Below are positions 33,401-37,432 of a stretch of DNA of 37,432 nucleotides, piece after piece. The stretch comes from Octopus bimaculoides (Eukaryota). The translations under genes and the position numbers were made by a program. The first letter of the stretch is position 1; the number at the start of each line of letters is the position of its first letter. The stretch spans positions 30,405,726 to 30,443,157 of the forward strand of contig NC_068988.1 of assembly GCF_001194135.2 (NCBI RefSeq). Direction: 5' to 3'. The notes below the pieces were generated by a model. That model searched no databases and had not been told where the DNA came from. It saw nothing but the letters and a program-made list of their open reading frames with translations.

Positions 33401-33912
33401 CCAGTTATTGAGTATGGTTCAATTACGATTTCACTTGCCCGAACAGGTCTTTGCAAGCAGAGTTTTATCTCTAGAGATAGAAAAAAAAAAATGAAAAATT
33501 TTAGTAAGACCCCTTAATGCAGGCCCTGGGTAGGATTGAACCCTGCCCAGGATGTTCAATGTGGCTGTCTAATTATGTCTCTACCCACGAGACCACCAAG
33601 ACATCCAACATTAATGTAGTAAATTAAGAGATATTTAACTCTATCATAACTAAAGATAAAAAAACAAAAACTATCTCATCACAGCTGTAGCTCAGTAATT
33701 AATCCCAAATTTGGGGACCTGTTTAGATGCCTTTGTAGGTAAGGACATTGATTAGTAAGTAGGGATTTAATGCACTGGGAGAGGGTTTCAATCTGTAACT
33801 CTCCCAAGGAATTACAAGAGCAGTGGAGTGCGGAGAGTTAATATTTCTGCTGGGAAACCAATTTCCAGGTGCTGAACTTCTCTTGTGAAAGCCTGGGGCC
33901 TTGTGATTAGGG

Positions 33913-34175
33913 CAGTGTTTCTCAATCAGAGTTCACACGATCCTTGCGGGACCATATAAGATTTTGTTGCTTAAATTTATGCGGGATAAATTGGTAATAC
34001 TTTTGCAATGCACAAAATGTTTTTATACAGTTAATAATAACATTTAATTATAAAAGTGAAATAGGATTGTGTTTTTTTATTTTTCATTTCAAACACCAAA
34101 TGGCTTTGAAGATCCAGTAGAGTAAAGTATGAAATCAGAAGGGATCTTTAGGCATAAAACGGTCAAGAACCACTG
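33913..34175. mobile_element. hAT/Charlie-like MITE
   Basis: CAGTGTTTCTCAA ... AAGAACCACTG termini. Confidence 0.5.
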
Positions 34176-34759
34176 GGTAAGGTTATGCCACTCATGGTAG
34201 CAAGATCGTGGTTTCAGTTCCTGGAGCAGGTGGTGTGTTTTGTCCTTGTGCAAAGCATGTTGCTCCAGTCGACCTTGACTGAATGAATAACCCTGCTATG
34301 GACTACTATATCAATCAAAAGCAATGTTGTGGCCTGAAAGCTGTGGAAACCAGGTGACCAACCCTATGAGTCTTAGGGCTTGAGGACTAATGTTCTCAGG
34401 CTGGTGATGATGGTGGAACTTCACAAAGACTGGTTGAAGGGTTGATAGAACTTGACAAGTGATGAAATGAAACAAGTCTGTTGTTCATAGCACTTCAATC
34501 TACACAACTAAACAAATACCATGAAGGGGCAACTTACTGCAAGCAACAGCGAGGACTTGGGTTCTGGTTAAGATACAGTACAGAGCTGATTTTGTTTAAT
34601 GGTTATGGGCAAGTTAATGCTAACCTAATCAATATATTGAGCATGATAAAGTAATTAGAAACATCTTCCATTACAGCTCCAAGTTGACCTCACATGGATT
34701 TGTGTATTTATGTATACAGTAATCCTTCGCCATATCGTAGTTTATTATTTTAAGCTTAC

Positions 34760-35588
34760 ATTGATTCCTCCGTGGTGTTGTTTTGCATTTATAGTAAAAT
34801 AAATATATGCAATCACGGAGATGTACTTGCATAGTAAGTGGCTTGATCTGAGATCGTGTGCTGAAACAAAAACAATTGCAGCATGGAAGGTGTTTATAAG
34901 CCATTTAAAATACACACACAAAAACCATTGGATTCATCATCATCATCATCGTTTAACGTCCGCTTTCCATGCTAGCATNNNNNNNNNNNNNNNNNNNNNN
35001 NNNNNNNNNNNNNNNNNNNNNNNNNNNNNNNNNNNNNNNNNNNNNNNNNNNNNNNNNNNNNNNNNNNNNNNNNNNNNNCACATACCTGCATACATACACT
35101 CACACACACACACATATACAAATATGTAAGTACATTCTTGGATTCTCTATTTTGCTGTTTTAGAAATACGAATGAGATTAAAGAAAAACAGACAAACGTG
35201 CTATGCTAATAATATATATATAATTAAAATGCAGAAATTATTCTAAACATTACAGAAATGCATTGTATAGATATCTCTATCGTCTGCTGTGTAAAACAAA
35301 ATACTAGCAAAAGAGTATTTCAAAACAAGGGAGACGTAAAGTTTATATGCGAAGAAGGAGAAACTATAGAAAGAAGAAGAGAAAAAGAGATAGGTATGAG
35401 GTGGGGAAAAAAAGGGTGATTAAGGGAATTGATAAATTAGTTAGTTATCGAGAATTGATTTTCAAACGATACTTACTTGTGTTTGGTACCTGAGTGTGAA
35501 TCCGAGAGGTAAATAGTACCAGTAACAGCACAGCCAAAGTCCCAGGACAACCTGCAAGTGCTGTCTTCATTATCAATTTGACTCGCTT
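34760..35588 (-). other. Candidate antisense two-exon segment (35588-35477 and 34860-34760), possibly encoding a signal peptide
   Basis: Polypyrimidine-AG acceptors, GTAAGT and GTAAGC donors; MKTALAGCPGTLAVLLLVLFTSRIHTQ; no recognisable homology. Confidence 0.3.
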
Positions 35589-36550
35589 CTAAATTGAAGA
35601 AGAGAATGATAGTAATAAATAAAATAATAGTAATAATGATAATAATATTAATACTAATATTAATGATAATGATGATGATGATAATGATGATGATGATAAT
35701 GATGATGATACTTAAATGAATAATTGTAATTAAAAAAAAAGTTGAAATGTATACCAGAATGTAACAACAAACCGGAACGATAACGGCCAAAGAAAAAAAA
35801 AAAAAGATAAACAAAGTAGAAAGACAAAAATGTAATAAAACAATAAAAAGAATAAGAAATGTACAGTAAAAGTAAAACAAAAAAAACAATGGAAAATTAA
35901 GAAAAAAGAAAACGAATGAAAATAAACTAAAACAAAAAAGAAAAAAAGAAAAAAAGAAAAGGAAAAGCCATTACTTGCGTAAATACTCGAGAAAAGTGTT
36001 GGGAGTTTGTTAGTGGTGAGTGGAGTGTGAGTGAACACTTGTCATCTCTTTNNNNNNNNNNNNNNNNNNNNNNNNNNNNNNNNNNNNNNNNNNNNNNNNN
36101 NNNNNNNNNNNNNNNNNNNNNNNNNNNNNNNNNNNNNNNNNNNNNNNNNNNNNNNNNNNNNNNNNNNNNNNNNNNNNNNNNNNNNNNNNNNNNNNNNNNN
36201 NNNNNNNNNNNNNNNNNNNNNNNNNNNNNNNNNNNNNNNNNNNNNNNNNNNNNNNNNNNNNNNNNNNNNNNNNNNNNNNNNNNNNNNNNNNNNNNNNNNN
36301 NNNNNNNNNNNNNNNNNNNNNNNNNNNNNNNNNNNNNNNNNNNNNNNNNNNNNNNNNNNNNNNNNNNNNNNNNNNNNNNNNNNNNNNNNNNNNNNNNNNN
36401 NNNNNNNNNNNNNNNNNNNNNNNNNNNNNNNNNNNNNNNNNNNNNNNNNNNNNNNNNNNNNNNNNNNNNNNNNNNNNNNNNNNNNNNNNNNNNNNNNNNN
36501 NNNNNNNNNNNNNNNNNNNNNNNNNNNNNNNNNNNNNNNNNNNNNNNNNN

Positions 36551-36596
<46 letters not shown>

Positions 36597-37107
36597 GACA
36601 TTCTCAACCTTTTAGTTTTTTTTCAAAGTCAAATGTTTGAAATTTTTTTTCTGTTTGAAGTATTTGACTTTTATGCATCCACGTATGTATGCGGATATCT
36701 ATAAACATGTATGGATGTAGGCATACACGTGTGTATGTAGATATGCATACATGTAGGTATGTTTGCATGTAGGTATGTACATAGGTGTACGTAGGTATAT
36801 ATACACTTTTGCATGAATGTAGCCTCCTATGTATGTAGACACGCCGAAGTTCAGAAATAGCAGCTAAAGTGCTATTAATAAATTAATAATCCTTTACCCT
36901 TTTATTTGTAATAATTATTCACTCCCTGATAGTAAACCGCAGATTTTCTGCGGTATTGCTTGTGACGCACATGGTAATTCTTGAGGAGGGATAAGGACTG
37001 ACAGGCCTATGTAAGTTCGGAGGTGCTGGTTATTTTATGTTGATGCATGATGTCGCTTGGTCGAGCATGCATAATTTGCCTGCATCTTCAAATTTGCAAA
37101 CTAGAAT

Positions 37108-37167
37108 ATCATACTGATGACGGGAATGAAGGTTTTTACTATTCTGATCCAGAAACGCGTCTATGAT
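37108..37167 (+). ncRNA. Minimal type I hammerhead ribozyme motif (family H2)
   Basis: ATCATA CTGATGA [stem II] GAAA CGCG TC TATGAT: 6-bp stem I, intact core, palindromic stem III ACGCGT, UC cleavage site. Confidence 0.75.
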
Positions 37168-37432
37168 TAACTAAGACTGGTTAGTTTCGTTGTTTTTTTC
37201 TTCTTGTTTTGCCTTTGTGAGTTACAAGTATTGCTATCTGTTGGAGTTTTAGCACTTTAGTTGCTATTTCTGAACTTCGGCATGTGGTGAAGCAACTGTT
37301 GCTGATCCCTTAATTATGTCTATAAATGTATGGTGTTTACATACCGAAGGGCTTGGTAAAAATTATTAATTATTAATCTATCAATAAATCAATAATCCTT
37401 TACCCTTTTATTTGTTATATATATATATATAT

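Noticed and set aside
6402-36704. Long ORFs filled with X in the ORF track
   Set aside because: Artefacts of N gaps; they carry no coding information

Overview
AT-rich animal genomic DNA with 9 assembly gaps; the repeat families point to a coleoid cephalopod, probably Octopus (inference). The window holds most of one + strand type IIA DNA topoisomerase gene (TOP2). I traced 22 phase-consistent GT-AG coding exons from 615 to 30850, covering TOPRIM, the winged helix with catalytic Tyr at 6105-6107, tower, coiled coil and the acidic/basic C-terminal domain (CTD). The N-terminal ATPase exons lie upstream of the window and no secure terminal exon was found. Introns are packed with tRNA-derived SINEs, TTAA-flanked piggyBac-like elements, hAT-like MITEs, a LINE RT relic and microsatellites. 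Main highlights: (1) a symmetric 99-nt CTD exon present in three open copies, 21-23% diverged, next to introns that are about 99% identical, carrying a PCNA PIP-box-like motif; (2) two families of minimal type I hammerhead ribozyme motifs, one fused to a tRNA-like Pol III head and inserted as a back-to-back palindrome with a 9-bp TSD, the other with an intact core at 37108-37167; (3) three long foldbacks sitting 32-49 nt downstream of CTD splice donors; (4) a (KPTSPA)4 CDK-site array. All alignments and counts were done by eye.
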